Shown piece by piece: positions 51,785-62,073 of a DNA stretch of 64,000 nucleotides. Both the position numbers and the translations under genes were made by a program. The notes under the pieces are model-generated. The model ran no database searches and was not told the DNA's origin. It was given only the letters and a program-made list of their open reading frames with translations. This DNA is from Spirochaetia bacterium (GTDB taxonomy: Bacteria; Spirochaetota; Spirochaetia; SZUA-6; Bin103), in assembly GCA_965203515.1 (NCBI GenBank), contig OZ241907.1, positions 3,104,001-3,168,000 of the forward strand, read 5' to 3'. How positions within the stretch are numbered: the stretch's first letter is position 1; each line of letters opens with the position of its first letter.

Positions 51785-52068
51785 GCCTCTTGGCAACATG
51801 TGGACATCTACCGCAGACTCTGTGGACGGTATCCGCACAACCGGGCCGCCCCCGGCCCATCCGTGCACAACCGGGATATCGGCAGCCCGCCTGTCTGATG
51901 AGTAACTGAATATATGGTAATGTCTTACAGCCATATCCAGAGTATCCACAGCACTACTACTACCACCATCTATTCCCTCTTCTTCGTAGTCGCGGCCCGG
52001 CCGGCCCGGCGCGCGACCGGCAGCCGGGAAGCCAGCGGGAAGGCACTGACAAAGGAGCTACCGACACC
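51785..52068. other. oriC unwinding region (dnaA-dnaN intergenic)
   Basis: Degenerate DnaA boxes, then GTATCCACA (51942-51950) followed by CTACTACTAC trinucleotide repeats. Confidence 0.8.
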
Positions 52069-53172
52069 ATGAAGTTCACCATCGACAAGGACGTGATCCT
52101 CAGGGAGACCGCGCACGCGCTGGAGATCGTCTCCACCAGAAACGCCATCACGGTCCTGGCCAACGTGTTTCTGTCCGTCGACCGCGGCGCGCTTACCCTG
52201 CGCGCATCCGACCTGAAGGTCCATTATCAGGCGAACGTGCCGGTCGATATGGAACGGGATGGAGTCACCACCGTCCCCTGCGACAAGCTCGCCGGCATCC
52301 TGCGATCCTCGCCGGCGGGCGAGATCGAGTTCGAGGTGGGGTCGGACGGCACGCTCGCCGTGCGTCCGCGCGGGAAGCGGATCGACTTTACCCTGAAGAC
52401 GCTGCCGCCGGACCGCTTTCCGGAGTTTCCGTCGACCTCCGACGGCGACTTCGTCGAGGTGCCGCAGACCGACTTCGTGGAGATGATCGCCCACACGGTC
52501 TTCGCGGTATCGGACGATGAGACCCGCTACTTCATGAACGGGACGTTTCTCGACCAGACCGACGGCGAGCTGATGATGGTCGCCACCGACTCGCATCGTC
52601 TGGCGTACTGCAAGAAAGCGATCGGGTCGGCGCTCGACGGCGCGGGCGTGATCATTCCGCCAAAGATACTCACGCTGATCCGCAAGTTCTGTACGGGAGA
52701 GGGGTCGCTGTCGGTGGCGATCGCCGAACGCAACCTGCACGTGCAGGTCGAGCACCGGCGGATCAACTCGGGGCTGATCGACGCGCAGTTTCCGAACGTG
52801 AAGAGCGTCATTCCCGAGAGCCAGGAACACCGGTTGACGGTCGATCGCGCCGGGTTGACGGAGGCGTTGAGAAGGGTGTCGGTGCTGGTCGAAGAGAAAT
52901 CGCGGCGGGTGCGGCTGGAGATCGAATCCGGGCAGCTGACCGTGCACTGCACGGAGGGAGAGATCGGCACGGCTCGGGAGGAGATTGCGTGCGAGTACGA
53001 CGGCCCGGCCGTGTCGCTGGCGCTCAACTATCAGTACCTGCTCGATCCGCTGCGCGAGATGGATACCGATCAGGTTTCGATCGGGTTCACCGCTTCCAAC
53101 AAGGCGATCACCCTGTCGGCCGAGCCGGAACGGCACTACTTCCACATCATCATGCCGATGCAGGTCGGATAG
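52069..53172 (+). CDS. dnaN: DNA polymerase III beta sliding clamp
   Basis: MKFTI, FAVS.DETRY.MNG, VATDSHRLA, FPN...VIP, IIMPM. Confidence 0.97.
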   Translation: MKFTIDKDVILRETAHALEIVSTRNAITVLANVFLSVDRGALTLRASDLKVHYQANVPVDMERDGVTTVPCDKLAGILRSSPAGEIEFEVGSDGTLAVRPRGKRIDFTLKTLPPDRFPEFPSTSDGDFVEVPQTDFVEMIAHTVFAVSDDETRYFMNGTFLDQTDGELMMVATDSHRLAYCKKAIGSALDGAGVIIPPKILTLIRKFCTGEGSLSVAIAERNLHVQVEHRRINSGLIDAQFPNVKSVIPESQEHRLTVDRAGLTEALRRVSVLVEEKSRRVRLEIESGQLTVHCTEGEIGTAREEIACEYDGPAVSLALNYQYLLDPLREMDTDQVSIGFTASNKAITLSAEPERHYFHIIMPMQVG

Positions 53173-53179
53173 CGGCGCC

Positions 53180-54304
53180 TTGGGGCTCGAGTCCCTGCGG
53201 TTGGACCGCTTCCGCAACCTGGAGCCGTTGCGTCTCGAATCGCTTTCCGAGCGATCGTGCGTGTTCCTGATCGGTGAGAATGGTCAGGGCAAGACCAACC
53301 TGCTGGAGGCGGTCTACTTGCTCTGCTTCGGCGGCTCGTTCCGCACTCGTCAGGACGCCGACCTGATCCACCGGGGAGCGGACGAGGCGGTTGTCGGCGG
53401 CTCGTTCACGCTCGACGGCGGAATCGGCGGTGCGGTGCACCGGGAGGTGACGTTGCGGCTGCGCGCCGACCGGGCCAGGGAGATACGCGTCGACGGCGCG
53501 CGCGTGGCCGACCGCGGCGAGCTGGTCGGCGCCGTGCCGTGTGTGTTGTTCTCGCACGGCGATCTGCGCGCCGTAGACGGTCCGCCGGCCGAGCTGCGGC
53601 GCTTCTTCGATCAGACGGCAGCGCTGACCGATCCGACCGCCCTGCCGGCGCTGCGCCGGTATCGCCGGGTGCTCATGGAACGCAACGCGCTGTTGCGCGC
53701 CGGACCGGCCGACGACCTGCTCGACGTCTACGATCGGCAGTTGATCGATGCCGGCCTGCCGATCCGCAGGCAGCGCACGGAGATCATCGCCGACTACGCC
53801 GAGCGGTTCGCGGAGATCTTCCATCAGGTGACCGAATCGGATGCCGCCGTCTCCATAGGCTACCGGCCGTCCTGGGCCGGCGCCTCGGTCGATGAGGTCG
53901 CCGCCCAGATGCGCTCCGCGCGGTCGCGCGATCACGCCTTCACGACCACCACGACCGGCCCGCACCGCGACCGGTTTCCGTTGCGGATCGACGGTCTGTC
54001 CTTTCGCCGCTACGCGTCGACCGGTCAGAAGCGGCTGGCGTCGCTGGCGCTGCGGGCGGCGCAGGCTGCGCGGGTGGCGGAGCGCTGCCGTCGGCAGCCG
54101 CTTCTGCTCCTCGATGACGTGCTGCTGGAGCTCGATGCCGGCAAGCGGGAGCGGTTCCTGGCGGTGCTGCCGGACGCCGAGCAGCGGTTCTTCACGTTCC
54201 TTCCCGATGAGCAGTTCGATCGCTATGACCTCGGTCCCACGTTGCGCATCACCGTGCGCGGCGGAGCTTTGACGCCCTGGACGGAACGGGAGGGCGGGAG
54301 GTAG
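53180..54304 (+). CDS. recF: DNA replication/repair protein RecF
   Basis: FRNL, GENGQGKTNLLEA, GPHRD, STGQ.R, LLLDDV..ELD. Confidence 0.95.
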   Translation: MGLESLRLDRFRNLEPLRLESLSERSCVFLIGENGQGKTNLLEAVYLLCFGGSFRTRQDADLIHRGADEAVVGGSFTLDGGIGGAVHREVTLRLRADRAREIRVDGARVADRGELVGAVPCVLFSHGDLRAVDGPPAELRRFFDQTAALTDPTALPALRRYRRVLMERNALLRAGPADDLLDVYDRQLIDAGLPIRRQRTEIIADYAERFAEIFHQVTESDAAVSIGYRPSWAGASVDEVAAQMRSARSRDHAFTTTTTGPHRDRFPLRIDGLSFRRYASTGQKRLASLALRAAQAARVAERCRRQPLLLLDDVLLELDAGKRERFLAVLPDAEQRFFTFLPDEQFDRYDLGPTLRITVRGGALTPWTEREGGR

Positions 54305-54308
54305 CCGC

Positions 54309-54596
54309 ATGAATCGACTGGGAGACGTGCTGCGGCGATGGATCGCCGAATCGGGCGACGCCGCCGAAGCGTCGGCGCTGTTCCAGGGCTGGAGCGACGT
54401 GGTCGGCGCCGAGCTCGCCGCCCACACGCGTCCGGTCGAGGTGGAGCGCGGACGGCTCATCGTCGCCGCCGACCATCCGGGTTGGATGCATCTGTTGCGG
54501 ACCAGCGAGCCGGCGATCCTCCGGCGGCTCGGACGCTCGCACGCCGCGTTGGGGATCGTCCGCATCGTGACCGTGCTTCGCCGCCCGTCCGGATGA
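54309..54596 (+). CDS. DUF721/DciA-family protein
   Basis: W..VVG..LA.HT.P......L.V......W; lies after recF. Confidence 0.85.
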   Translation: MNRLGDVLRRWIAESGDAAEASALFQGWSDVVGAELAAHTRPVEVERGRLIVAADHPGWMHLLRTSEPAILRRLGRSHAALGIVRIVTVLRRPSG

Positions 54597-54636
54597 GCTT
54601 GACCAACGGTTCGGAGCGGGTGTCAATTCGCTCCAT

Positions 54637-55944
54637 ATGAGGTTCCCGCTGAAGTACTGTCCCGCAGTGCGGCCGACGACGGCGGTCCGCCGGATCGTTC
54701 TGCCCCTGGTTGCGTGCGTGTTCACGTTGCATTGGGCGGCGGCGCAAGCGCCGGCGCCGAGCGCGCCCGGCGCGCCGAGCGGCCTTGTTGCCACCGCCGG
54801 CAACCGATCGATTGCGCTGACGTGGGACGATCCGAGCGACGAGAACATCGCCGGCTACGAGTTCCGGGTGCACGCCGACCGCGAGCCGGACTGGCGGGAG
54901 TGGAAGGCGATCGCGGGCAGCACGCACGAGACGACCGACCATACGCTGCCTGCGCTCACCAACGGGATGCTCTACCGGGTACAGGTGCGCGCCCGCAACG
55001 CCGCCGGAGCGGGCGAGCCGAGCGAGACGAGCGCCGAGCCGCAAGCGCCGGACGCCGCATCGCCCCCTGGCGCGCCGGACCGGCTTACGGCCATGCCCGG
55101 TGACGGGACGATTTCGTTGACGTGGGACGATCCGAGCGACGCGAGCATCACCGGCTACGAGTTCCGGGTGCACGCCGACCGTGAGTCGGACTGGCGGGAG
55201 TGGAAGGCGATCGCGGGCAGCACGCACGAGACGACCGACCACCGGCTCGACCTGACCAACGGGGTGCGCTATCGGGCGCAGGTACGCGCCCGCAATGCCG
55301 CCGGAGTGGGCGAGTCGAGCGAGACGAGCGCCGAGCCGCAAGCGCCGGCTGCCGAACCTGCGGAGGATGATCGTGCGGAGGATGATCGTGCGGAGGATGC
55401 GGCGGCGGACGAGCCCGTGGCTGACGCGCCGCCTGGTGCGCCGAACCGGCTTGCCGCTGCCGCCGGTGACGGGACGATTTCGTTGGCGTGGGACGATCCG
55501 AGCGACGCGAGCATCACCGGCTATGAGTTCCGGGTGCACGCCGTCGACCGTGAGTCGGACTGGCGGGAGTGGAAGGCGATCGCGGGCAGCACGCACGAGA
55601 CGACCGACCACCGGCTCGACCTGACCAACGGGGTGCTCTATCGGGTGCAGGTACGCGCCCGCAACAGCGCGGGAACGGGCGAGCCGAGCGAAGCGAGCGC
55701 CGAGCCGCAAGCGCCGGACGGCGGCGCCCCGTCGTCGGTCGGAGCCGGCGAAGAGACGGATGCGCCTGACGACAGCGGCGCGGCATCGCAACCTGTGGAA
55801 GGCGCCCCGTCGTCGGCCGGCGAGAGCCCGCGATCCGGCGTGCCGTGGATCGTCATCGTCGTGCTGGCGGTGTGTCTGGCGATCGGCATCGCGATCGCGG
55901 CGGTCCGGTTGCGCGGCACGGCCCGCCGCGGCGCCGAGTCTTGA
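54637..55944 (+). CDS. Surface protein with three fibronectin type III repeats and C-terminal TM anchor
   Basis: Signal-like N-terminus; 3x PGAP..L.A..G...I.L.WDDP...I.GYE...LTNG..YR.QVRARN..G.GE.S; C-terminal hydrophobic helix plus basic tail. Confidence 0.9.
   Translation: MRFPLKYCPAVRPTTAVRRIVLPLVACVFTLHWAAAQAPAPSAPGAPSGLVATAGNRSIALTWDDPSDENIAGYEFRVHADREPDWREWKAIAGSTHETTDHTLPALTNGMLYRVQVRARNAAGAGEPSETSAEPQAPDAASPPGAPDRLTAMPGDGTISLTWDDPSDASITGYEFRVHADRESDWREWKAIAGSTHETTDHRLDLTNGVRYRAQVRARNAAGVGESSETSAEPQAPAAEPAEDDRAEDDRAEDAAADEPVADAPPGAPNRLAAAAGDGTISLAWDDPSDASITGYEFRVHAVDRESDWREWKAIAGSTHETTDHRLDLTNGVLYRVQVRARNSAGTGEPSEASAEPQAPDGGAPSSVGAGEETDAPDDSGAASQPVEGAPSSAGESPRSGVPWIVIVVLAVCLAIGIAIAAVRLRGTARRGAES
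54766..55716. repeat. Three near-identical FN3-coding repeats of about 285 bp, plus a 15-bp tandem repeat
   Basis: Units at about 54766-55050, 55066-55347, 55432-55716; GCGGAGGATGATCGT in 2.6 copies at 55360-55399. Confidence 0.88.
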
Positions 55945-56008
55945 CAAGACCGCCGGACCGACGGAGCGCGCTCCCAAGGCGGCGTTCGTTCGTCGTTGCG
56001 ACCCCGGT

Positions 56009-56037
56009 TTGACAGCGGCGAGCGCTGAACCTACATT
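56009..56037 (+). promoter_or_regulatory. Sigma70 promoter for rpmH operon
   Basis: TTGACA-N17-TACATT. Confidence 0.7.
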
Positions 56038-56063
56038 GGCGGTGCTCCTGGAAGCATACCCTG

Positions 56064-56219
56064 ATGAAACGGACCTATCAGCCAAGCCGCGTTCGCCGAC
56101 GCCGCACCTTCGGATTCCGCGCGCGCATGAAGACACGCGGGGGTCGCATGGTGCTCAAACGACGACGGCGCAAGGGTCGGCACCGGCTGACCGTTTCCGA
56201 TGAACGCAAGCCCTACTAG
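56064..56219 (+). CDS. rpmH: 50S ribosomal protein L34 (absent from the ORF track)
   Basis: [51 protein letters not shown]. Confidence 0.97.
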   Translation: MKRTYQPSRVRRRRTFGFRARMKTRGGRMVLKRRRRKGRHRLTVSDERKPY

Positions 56220-56259
56220 GTGGTTGTCCGGCTGCAGACGACCCTCGACCGGCAGACGG

Positions 56260-56613
56260 ATGGGACGAAACGGCAGGTTCGAGCGGATATCCCGCTCCGG
56301 CGACATAGACCGGCTGTTCCGTACCGGGCGCTTCACCCGGACCAGAGGCATCAAGCTGGGCTACCGCCCAAACGGACGGGACGGTCACCGGGTGGCGTTC
56401 GCTCCTACCCGCAGCCTGCGCCGGGCGGTCGACCGCAATCGACAGAAGCGAATCAGCCGGGAAGCCTACCGCCGGCTCTACGGCGACATCGTCGGATCCT
56501 ATGACTTGGTGTTCGTCATCTATGGTGATGCGACCACCACGACCCGCGAACGGGGCGACGACATGGTGACCGTGCTTGACGCGGCACGGTTGCTCCGGCG
56601 CCGCACGCGGTAG
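56260..56613 (+). CDS. rnpA: Ribonuclease P protein component
   Basis: [11 protein letters not shown] (RNR motif), YDLV; synteny. Confidence 0.9.
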   Translation: MGRNGRFERISRSGDIDRLFRTGRFTRTRGIKLGYRPNGRDGHRVAFAPTRSLRRAVDRNRQKRISREAYRRLYGDIVGSYDLVFVIYGDATTTTRERGDDMVTVLDAARLLRRRTR

Positions 56614-56621
56614 CATCTCCT

Positions 56622-56849
56622 TTGAACGCGCGATCGATGCTACGCGCGGCGGCGGCGGGCGCGGTGCGCGTCTACCAGCTTCTGGCGTCCCCCTGGCTCC
56701 CGCCGTCGTGCCGCTTCACTCCGACCTGCTCGGAATACGCCCGGCAGTCGCTGCTCAAGCACGGCATCGTGCGCGGCGCTTGGTTGGCGCTGCGGCGCCT
56801 CTCGCGCTGCCATCCCCTCGGCTCGGGAGGCTACGACCCGGTCCCGTAG
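56622..56849 (+). CDS. yidD: Membrane protein insertion efficiency factor
   Basis: YQ...SP....[14 protein letters not shown]...GGYDPVP. Confidence 0.95.
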   Translation: MNARSMLRAAAAGAVRVYQLLASPWLPPSCRFTPTCSEYARQSLLKHGIVRGAWLALRRLSRCHPLGSGGYDPVP

Positions 56850-56867
56850 CGGGGCCTGACACCGACC

Positions 56868-58625
56868 ATGGACGCAAAGACGATCCTTGCCGTAGTCCTT
56901 TCAGTCGGCGTGATATTGGCCTACACGCTCCTGCTGGCGCCCGACCCGGTGCCGTTGACGGAAGGCGATCAGGTACCGGAACAGACCCAGCCGGCGCCGT
57001 CGCTGTTTGGCGGCCGCTCCGCGACCGCGGCTCAGCCGGTGGAGCTCACCGCCAGCCCGGTGGTCGCCGCGCAGACCGAGGCCGGAGTGATCGCCGATGA
57101 CCTGATCCGGCGCGAGACCGACGTCTTCGAGATCGCGTTCTCCCGTACCGGCGGCACGATCGCCTCGTTGCGGCTCAAGGACCACCTCGACGTCGGAGGG
57201 GAGCCGGTCGAGCTGGTACATCGTGCGGAGGATGGAACGGAGTACCTGACCATCGCGTTCGGCGGGGTGCACACGGCGCCCGCCGACGACCCGTTCGCCT
57301 TCCGGCAGATCGACGATCTCACCTGGGAATTCAGCCGGGACTACCTGGCCTCCGACGGCACCCCGTTTCGGTTGATCAAGACCTATCGGTTCAACCTGGA
57401 GTATCTGTTCGAGCTGCGCGTCCGTGTCGAGAACTCCGTCAACTCGGTGCCGGCCCTCGACTTCGACGGCATCAGCTACACGCTCGGCATCGCGCCGCAG
57501 CTCGGGCCGGACTACGAGCGGCTCGACCGGCGCAACGAGTACCGGGAATACATGCGCTACTATCCGGAGGGCAGACGCAAGCGACAGCGGCTGCGCAACG
57601 ACCTCATCGTCGAGGACCGCCGCGTTCGCTGGACCAGCGTCGTCGGCAAGTACTTCACGCTGGTGGTGATACCCGACGAGAGCGACTATCGGATCACCTA
57701 CGACGGACGCCCGGATTCCGACATCGACCGGCGCACCGCCCTGTACCTGGGCCGGCCCACGATCGCCAGCGCGGCGGAGACCGACGTGTTCCGCATCTAC
57801 GCCGGCCCCAAGGACCGCAACACGCTCACCCGCTACAACGATCCGTCGCTGCCGTCCGCCGATCAGCTCCACCTGGAGGAGACCGTCAGCACGGCGGCGA
57901 TCATCGGATGGTTGGCCAATGTCGTGCGGTTCCTGCTCGACGCGTTCTATCGGGTGATTCCCAACTACGGGGTGGCGATCGTCCTGCTCACCGTCTTCAT
58001 CAAGGCGCTGTTCTTTCCGCTGACCCGCAAGAGCTCGGAGTCGACCAAGAGGATGGCGCAGCTTCAGCCGAAGATCGAAGAGCTGCGCAACAAGTTCAAG
58101 GGAAAGCCGGAACGGCTGAACCAGGCGACCATGGAGCTGTACCGTCGCGAGAAGGTGAACCCTATCGGCGGCTGCCTGCCGATGCTGCTGCAGATGCCGA
58201 TCTTCTTTGCGCTGTACACGGTGCTGATCGAGCACTTCGACCTGCGCGGCGCCGCCTTCATCGCGCCCTGGATCGCCGACCTGTCGGCGCCGGAGAGCTT
58301 CCTGCCGTTGGGCTTCCAGCTGCCGCTGCTCGGCTGGGACGAGCTGCGGCTGCTGCCGTTCTTCATGCTCGGCTCCACCTTCCTGCAGACCAAGATCATG
58401 CCGACCGCGCAGGCCGGCAACGTCAGCCAGATGAAGATGCTGCAATACGCGATGCCGATCTTCTTCTTCTTCATCCTCTACGACATGCCTTCGGGACTGG
58501 TCCTGTATTGGACGGTGCAGAACATCCTGACGGTCGCGCAGCAGCTGTACATCAACGGCCGCGGCGACAACCGCGGCAAACCGCGCTCGGGCGGCGCAGC
58601 GGCCCCCAGGAAGCGGCCCGCGTAG
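56868..58625 (+). CDS. yidC: Membrane protein insertase YidC
   Basis: NYG.AI..LT, M..LQPK, NP.GGCLP.L.QMPIF, PSGL.LYW. Confidence 0.97.
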   Translation: MDAKTILAVVLSVGVILAYTLLLAPDPVPLTEGDQVPEQTQPAPSLFGGRSATAAQPVELTASPVVAAQTEAGVIADDLIRRETDVFEIAFSRTGGTIASLRLKDHLDVGGEPVELVHRAEDGTEYLTIAFGGVHTAPADDPFAFRQIDDLTWEFSRDYLASDGTPFRLIKTYRFNLEYLFELRVRVENSVNSVPALDFDGISYTLGIAPQLGPDYERLDRRNEYREYMRYYPEGRRKRQRLRNDLIVEDRRVRWTSVVGKYFTLVVIPDESDYRITYDGRPDSDIDRRTALYLGRPTIASAAETDVFRIYAGPKDRNTLTRYNDPSLPSADQLHLEETVSTAAIIGWLANVVRFLLDAFYRVIPNYGVAIVLLTVFIKALFFPLTRKSSESTKRMAQLQPKIEELRNKFKGKPERLNQATMELYRREKVNPIGGCLPMLLQMPIFFALYTVLIEHFDLRGAAFIAPWIADLSAPESFLPLGFQLPLLGWDELRLLPFFMLGSTFLQTKIMPTAQAGNVSQMKMLQYAMPIFFFFILYDMPSGLVLYWTVQNILTVAQQLYINGRGDNRGKPRSGGAAAPRKRPA

Positions 58626-58693
58626 CGCGAGACCGACGCGGCGATCGATCCAGACGTGAGGGGCGCCAGGCGCGCCGGCGCCTTGAGGAGCAG

Positions 58694-59362
58694 ATGATGG
58701 AGGTTCACGAGTTCGAGGGTCGGACCGAGCAGGAAGCGATCGCCAACGCGATCGAGGCGATGGGTCTGCAAGAGGACGAGATCGACGTCGAAGTGATCAA
58801 GACGCGCTCCGGACTGTTCGGCGGCAGTAAGGTCCGGATCCGGGTGCACGTGGGCGACGATCAGCCCGGCGACGAGTTGGAGGAGCCGGACACGGAGCAG
58901 GAATCCGAGGTGATCGGATTCGTTTCCAAGCTGCTCGGCCGCATGGGGATCGAGGCCGATCTGCGCATCGTCACCCGCGAGGATGACCGGGTCGTGGTCG
59001 AGATGATCTCCGACGACGCCGGCATCATCATCGGCCGGCACGGCGCGACGCTGGAAGCGCTGCAGCTGGTCACCAACATCGCCTGTGGCCGGCGCCATCA
59101 CGACGGACCGCGGGTGATCCTGGATGCCGAGGACTACCGCTATCGGCGCGAACAGAACCTGACCCGTATGGCGATGCGCGTGGCGCGCGACGTGCAGCGC
59201 TCGGGCCGCTCGCAGCTTCTGGAGCCGATGAATCCGTTCGAGCGGCGCCTGGTGCACACGACGATCAGCGGCGTAGAGGACGTCAGCACCGAAAGCGAAG
59301 GCGACGGACCGTACAAGCAGGTTCGCGTCACCTACACCGGAAGCGCGTATCAGCACCGCTGA
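58694..59362 (+). CDS. jag: Jag/EloR/KhpB RNA-binding protein (KH, R3H)
   Basis: EFEG.T..EAI, IIGRHG.TL.ALQ, LEPMNPFERR.VH. Confidence 0.95.
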   Translation: MMEVHEFEGRTEQEAIANAIEAMGLQEDEIDVEVIKTRSGLFGGSKVRIRVHVGDDQPGDELEEPDTEQESEVIGFVSKLLGRMGIEADLRIVTREDDRVVVEMISDDAGIIIGRHGATLEALQLVTNIACGRRHHDGPRVILDAEDYRYRREQNLTRMAMRVARDVQRSGRSQLLEPMNPFERRLVHTTISGVEDVSTESEGDGPYKQVRVTYTGSAYQHR

Positions 59363-59375
59363 GCGGTCGCCGACG

Positions 59376-60626
59376 ATGCCGGAGGAGCAGCGAACGGAGG
59401 CGGTCACGACCGGTGGCGGTGGCGGCGGCGCGGCGTCGGCGGTGGAGCGGCTGACGTGCAGCGGTCGGCCGATCGTCATCCTGGGCACCGCTCACGTATC
59501 GCAGCGCAGCGTCGAAGAGGTGCGTGCGGTCCTTGAACGGGAGGCGCCGAAGGTGGTCTGCGTGGAGTTGGACCGGGCGCGCTACCAGACGCTGACCAAA
59601 CCCGATGCGTGGCGCGATCTGGATATCCGTTCAGTGCTGCGCAGCCGGCGCGGGTTTCTGCTGCTGACGAACCTGGTGTTGGCCGCATTCCAGCGGCGCA
59701 TGGGGATGGACGCTCAGGTGCTGCCCGGTTCGGAGATGCTGGCGGCGGTGGAGGTGGCGGAAAAGGCCGGGGCGCGCGTCGAGCTTTGTGATCGGGACGT
59801 ACAGGTGACGCTGCGCCGCGCCTGGTCGCAGAGCGGGCTGTGGGGACGTTCGAAGCTGCTGTCGGCGCTGTTCGTTACCGCGTTCAGCTCCGAGAAGCTC
59901 GCGCCGGAGGAGATCGAGCGGCTGAAGACCGACACGGCGCTCACCAGCATGATCTCCGAGCTTGCCGATTACCTGCCGAAGGCCAAGGCGGTGCTGATCG
60001 ACGAACGCGATCGCTACTTGGCCGCCCGCATCGCGCAGGCGGCCCGCGGCGCCGGCTCGGGTGAGGAGCCGGTCGTCGCGGTGCTGGGCGCCGGTCACAA
60101 AGCGGGGGTGGTGCGAGCGCTTCAGGAGATCGAGGCGGGCGGCGAGCTGCCCGATACCGATGAGCTCGGCGCACCGCCGCCGCGCTCGACCACCGCCCGC
60201 ATCCTGCCGTGGTTGGTGCCGGGAATCGTCGCGGCGGTGGTCGCCGTCGGCTTCGCGCGATCGGGGATCGACCTGACGCTGGCGATGCTCGGCCGCTGGG
60301 TCCTGATCAACGGATCGCTGGCCGCCTTGGGGGCGCTGTTCGCCCTGGCTCATCCGGTTACGGTGATCGTTTCCTTCCTGGCGGCGCCGGTGACCTCCAT
60401 GAACCCGACGATCGGCGTGGGGTTCGTCAGCGGCGCGGTGGAGGCGATGCTCCGCAAGCCGCGGGTGAGCGACTTCGAGTCGATTCACGACGACCTGCTG
60501 AGCGTGCGCGGCTTCTTTCGAAACCGGATCAGCCACGCCCTGGTCGTCTTCCTGGGCGCCAGCCTCGGCAGCATGGTCGGCACCTTCATCGGCCTGCCGC
60601 TGCTGGGGACGCTGCTGTTCCGCTGA
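59376..60626 (+). CDS. TraB/PrgY/GumN family membrane protein
   Basis: GTAHVS..S, VCVELD..R, PG.EM, DRD.Q.TL.RAW, LIDERD, VLGAGH; C-terminal TM segments. Confidence 0.9.
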   Translation: MPEEQRTEAVTTGGGGGGAASAVERLTCSGRPIVILGTAHVSQRSVEEVRAVLEREAPKVVCVELDRARYQTLTKPDAWRDLDIRSVLRSRRGFLLLTNLVLAAFQRRMGMDAQVLPGSEMLAAVEVAEKAGARVELCDRDVQVTLRRAWSQSGLWGRSKLLSALFVTAFSSEKLAPEEIERLKTDTALTSMISELADYLPKAKAVLIDERDRYLAARIAQAARGAGSGEEPVVAVLGAGHKAGVVRALQEIEAGGELPDTDELGAPPPRSTTARILPWLVPGIVAAVVAVGFARSGIDLTLAMLGRWVLINGSLAALGALFALAHPVTVIVSFLAAPVTSMNPTIGVGFVSGAVEAMLRKPRVSDFESIHDDLLSVRGFFRNRISHALVVFLGASLGSMVGTFIGLPLLGTLLFR

Positions 60627-62073
60627 CCATTTCGACCCTGGCCGCATCGACCTTGGTGGCGCCGGCCGGGGCGATCGCCGCCCGCACCGCCTGCCGGAGG
60701 TCCGCTACCGGCTGCCATCCGGCGCCCGGTGCGCCGGCGCCCGGTTCGTCGGCGCTGGGGCCGGGCGCGAGCACGATGCGGATGCCGAGCCCGGCGGCGG
60801 CCCGCCGGCGCCGCTCGGCGCCCGCCGTGCGCCGCACCTGGCCGGCCAGCGTGATCTCGCCGAAGGCCGCCACCGTGGCGGCCGGGGTCAGCTCGGTGCG
60901 CGCGCCGTACAGCGCCAGGGCGATCGGCAGGTCGGCGGCTACGTCACGCAGCCGCATGCCGCCGGCGACGTTCATGTAGATGTCGCGGTCCAGAAACGGC
61001 ACCTGCACCGAGCGCTGCAGCACGGCGGCGATGCGCGCCACCCGCCCGATGTCGATGCGGTCGGAGACGATGCGGGGGCTGGACCGTTGCGCCGGCACCA
61101 CCAGCGCCTGCACTTCCACGCACAGCACCCGCGAGCCTTCGTAGATCGCGGCGACCGTCACCCCGGGCGGCGGTCGGCTCCCGTCCGCGTGCTCGACGAA
61201 CCGCGACGACGGGTCGCTGATCTGCCGCAGACCGCGGCCGGTCATCTCGAACAGCGCCACCTCTTCGACCGGCCCGAACCGGTTCTTGGCCGCGCGCAGA
61301 AAGCGCAGCTCCGCGGTTCCGGTCTCGAAGGAGAGGACCACGTCGACCATGTGCTCGATCGCCTTGGGGCCGGCGATGCCGCCCTCCTTGGTGACGTGCG
61401 CCACCAGCAGGGTGATCGCGTTGCGCGCGTGCGTCCAACCGGTCAGGGCATCGCAGATCTCCTTGATCTGATTCACGGCGCCCGGCTGCGCGCTGGAGCC
61501 GGTTGCGATCAGCGCCTGCAGCGAGTCGACGATCAACGCCGCCGGGCGCGCGGTGTCCAGCAGCCGCAGGAGATCGTCCAGCCGGTTGCCGGCCCACACT
61601 TCCAGCCGCGGTGCCTGCAGTTGCAGGCGATCGGCGCGCAGCCGCAGGTGTTCGGCCGATTCTTCGGCGCTTACGTAGAGCACGCGGCCGGCCGTCTGCA
61701 GCTTCGCGCCGACCTGCAGGAGCAGGGTCGACTTGCCGACGCCCGGCTCGCCGCCGATCAGCGTGGTGGAGCCGCGCATGAAGCCGCCGCCGAGCACGCG
61801 GTCGAGTTCGCCGTTGCCGGAGGCGACCCGCAGCCCGGGATCCGCTTCGATAGCCGTAAGCGGCACCGCCAGCGGCGTCTCGGAAGTCGCGGCGGCGCCG
61901 CCGCCGACCTCGCGAAAGCTGTTCCATTCGCCGCAGTTGGGGCAACGTCCCAGCCACTTGGGCTCGCGCCGCTCGCATTGCGCGCAGACGAACAGGCGCT
62001 GTTCGCGTCCGGCCTGCCTGGCAGCCGGCCGCATCCTGGCGCCCGGCCGCTTGGCAGCCGACTCGCCGCTCAT
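60586..62073 (-). CDS. radA: DNA repair protein RadA/Sms
   Basis: C4 zinc finger (KWLGRCP.CG.WN), GGEPGVGKSTL, KNRFG, Lon-like C-terminus. Confidence 0.96.
   Translation of the reverse strand: MSGESAAKRPGARMRPAARQAGREQRLFVCAQCERREPKWLGRCPNCGEWNSFREVGGGAAATSETPLAVPLTAIEADPGLRVASGNGELDRVLGGGFMRGSTTLIGGEPGVGKSTLLLQVGAKLQTAGRVLYVSAEESAEHLRLRADRLQLQAPRLEVWAGNRLDDLLRLLDTARPAALIVDSLQALIATGSSAQPGAVNQIKEICDALTGWTHARNAITLLVAHVTKEGGIAGPKAIEHMVDVVLSFETGTAELRFLRAAKNRFGPVEEVALFEMTGRGLRQISDPSSRFVEHADGSRPPPGVTVAAIYEGSRVLCVEVQALVVPAQRSSPRIVSDRIDIGRVARIAAVLQRSVQVPFLDRDIYMNVAGGMRLRDVAADLPIALALYGARTELTPAATVAAFGEITLAGQVRRTAGAERRRRAAAGLGIRIVLAPGPSADEPGAGAPGAGWQPVADLRQAVRAAIAPAGATKVDAARVEMVSGTAASPAAAGR

Noticed and set aside
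54766..55716. FN3 repeats as a diversity-generating retroelement TR/VR pair
   Set aside because: All copies are in-frame domains of one ORF, the differences do not appear adenine-specific, and there is no reverse transcriptase in the window.
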